Below are positions 62,233 through 64,000 of a DNA stretch of 64,000 bases, piece after piece (position 1 is the first letter of the stretch; each line of letters starts with the position of its first letter). The notes below the pieces were generated by a model that was given only the letters and a program-made list of their open reading frames with translations, had not been told where the DNA came from and searched no databases. The position numbers and the translations under genes are program-made. Location: NCBI RefSeq assembly GCF_902713615.1, contig NC_052156.1, positions 140,720,404-140,784,403 of the forward strand, given 5' to 3'. The DNA comes from Scyliorhinus canicula. Taxonomy: Eukaryota.

Positions 62233-62375
62233 CGTCTTCGTTTAAAAGGTGATTTTGGCATGTCTGCTATTGGGATCACCTGCTCTCCTGGACGAACCCA
62301 CATAATAGGGCCATCATCACTTTCCTTACGGCACTTGAGTTTGAGACTAGAAAGTGATCCCCACGGTAATGTACG
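62233..62375 (-). CDS. RSBN1L: RSBN1L internal exon (143 bp); upstream exons lie beyond the window
   Basis: ag|RTLPWGSLSSLKLKCRKESDDGPIMWVRPGEQVIPIADMPKSPFKRR|gt. RSBN1L is preferred over RSBN1 because of TMEM60 adjacency. Confidence 0.92.
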
Positions 62376-63956
62376 CTATTGGCAGAAAAAATAGTAAGAT
62401 TTAAATCTATTTTTAGCTAGTTGTTTGCACGCAGGCTCTTCAAAATCTATCTAATTCAGCAGACCGACAAGATCAACCAAATTCCTTCAGATGTCCTTCA
62501 ATATAAAATTATAATTCAGTATTACATGGAAATTCATCTTATTAAAAGAATGAATCCACAATTCAAACACCAAAACTAATACATGAAATGTTGGGAAGAC
62601 CAGAAAAAAAATGTAAGATCTTTTCGCACTGCAAGGGGAGTGCATTTGTGCTATTCTTGAGATGGGGAACCAAGGATTGTTGTTTTTTTAAGGTAGTGGT
62701 TTACAGGTGTAAATTCATCTTCAGGTGGTGATTTACAGTTGTAAATTCAAAGTAAAAGAATTCAGGTTTTCTTGAAGTAATAACCAATGTGTGTTATGAG
62801 TTTCATGGAAATCAAAACATTTTAAACCGTTTAGAACTTTTGTGCACTTTTCAACCATGCTTGCATTATTCTAAATTCAGGTATTTCGGCAATGATTACA
62901 AAGAGCCAATAACTTCATTACACATGCATGGCTCAAGCTCTCATTATTCCAACTTTGCAAATTAATCTACTGCTATGTTACAGATTGGTTAAATAGCCAA
63001 TTTTAAGTACTTGGGAAAATACTGAGTGCACATTATTTTGACATTTAGATAAAGATTAGTAATTAGTTGGAAAACAACGGCAGACATCGAACACCCCCAT
63101 ATTGACTAATTAAAATTGCAAAAGGTATTATTTCCCATTTTCAGTTGTTACATAGTGGATATTTTGCAACCCAATCTTCTCTTCCTGTCCCCAACCCATT
63201 GGGTGATTATACCTGCTTTTCAACTAAGCAATCAACTATCTATCCCCCCAAAAGAGTATTGGCTAAACTACATTAAGTTTTATGTTCATGTTATCTGGTT
63301 GCTGATATAAAACGTATCTTTGACCCTACCCGAGTAGCCATTTACTCGGACCAAAATTGAATATTGACCCAACCCACCTGTGCACGTGTGTGTGATAGAC
63401 ACACATTTTCTGTTTCATAAAATGATGGTTTGCGCCACGGTGGGCAACTCTATTAAGCAAAGTCTGGTGTGGCGCAAGAGCCACTCTGACATGGCAGTCT
63501 ATGCCGAATTTGCTGCAGTATAGTCAGTGAGCTAAGAAGGTGCAGTTGTTTCTCTGGGCCTTCTTTTTGGTCAACTAATTTCCCAATGCCCTTCCAAACA
63601 GTCAGCCTCCAATCTCTCAAATCGTACGATCCGAAATCTGGCCAGCACCGGTTGTCTAAAATTGTTTTTCAGCACATCTGCAACTACAAGTCTAGCCACT
63701 TGTGGCACTGCAGCCTGGTGCTGGACATCAACAAGGCTGACATTCAAAATCAGTTTAAAACAAAGTTAGGCAAATAAAGCAATTTGTTTAAATAATCAGA
63801 TTCTCAAACAACAGGAATGTTTTTTTAAAAAAATGTCTGCAACTCCAAAAAGTATCCCTGCAAGTCCATCAGGGGTTGTAACTTACTGTTTGGGAACTGG
63901 CTGTGTAAGGTCCATTTGGATGCAAGATGGATGACAAAAGCTACCACATTGGACTG

Positions 63957-64000
63957 CTTTTTTTCCAATTAAGGGGCAATTTAGCATGTTCAATCCAGCT
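63957..64000 (-). repeat. 3' end of a V-type SINE at the window edge
   Basis: ttttccaattaaggggcaatttagc. Confidence 0.7.

Overview
Eukaryotic DNA, most likely from a cartilaginous fish (shark; inferred from HE1/V-type and Deu-type SINEs and the CR1 content). Two host genes are visible. TMEM60 has a complete single-exon CDS on + (27912-28316). RSBN1L shows its last four exons on - (62233-62375, 51711-51878, 48257-48365, 47013-47504). The two converge as in the human RSBN1L-TMEM60-PHTF2 block, so the ETS/CCAAT-rich promoter at ~27.1-27.7 kb is probably shared with PHTF2. Most of the rest is nested transposons: two Mag-like Gypsy LTR elements, an older Gypsy, several solo LTRs, a CR1 with an intact ORF2, a full-length L1/Tx1, a 12.5-kb two-gene Harbinger, decayed L2/RTE/CR1/L1 copies and about 20 SINEs. 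Strongest leads: (1) a Gypsy element with no tRNA primer-binding site, whose leader instead pairs perfectly with its own LTR across the poly(A) signal; (2) a U_UUA_AAC -1 slippery site that joins CR1 ORF1 to an AUG-less ORF2; (3) a transposase-deleted Harbinger carrying long fold-back repeats, a 'killer-element'-like layout; (4) a long solo LTR with a foamy-virus-like layout; (5) a possibly intact young L1. All calls were made by eye, with no database searches.
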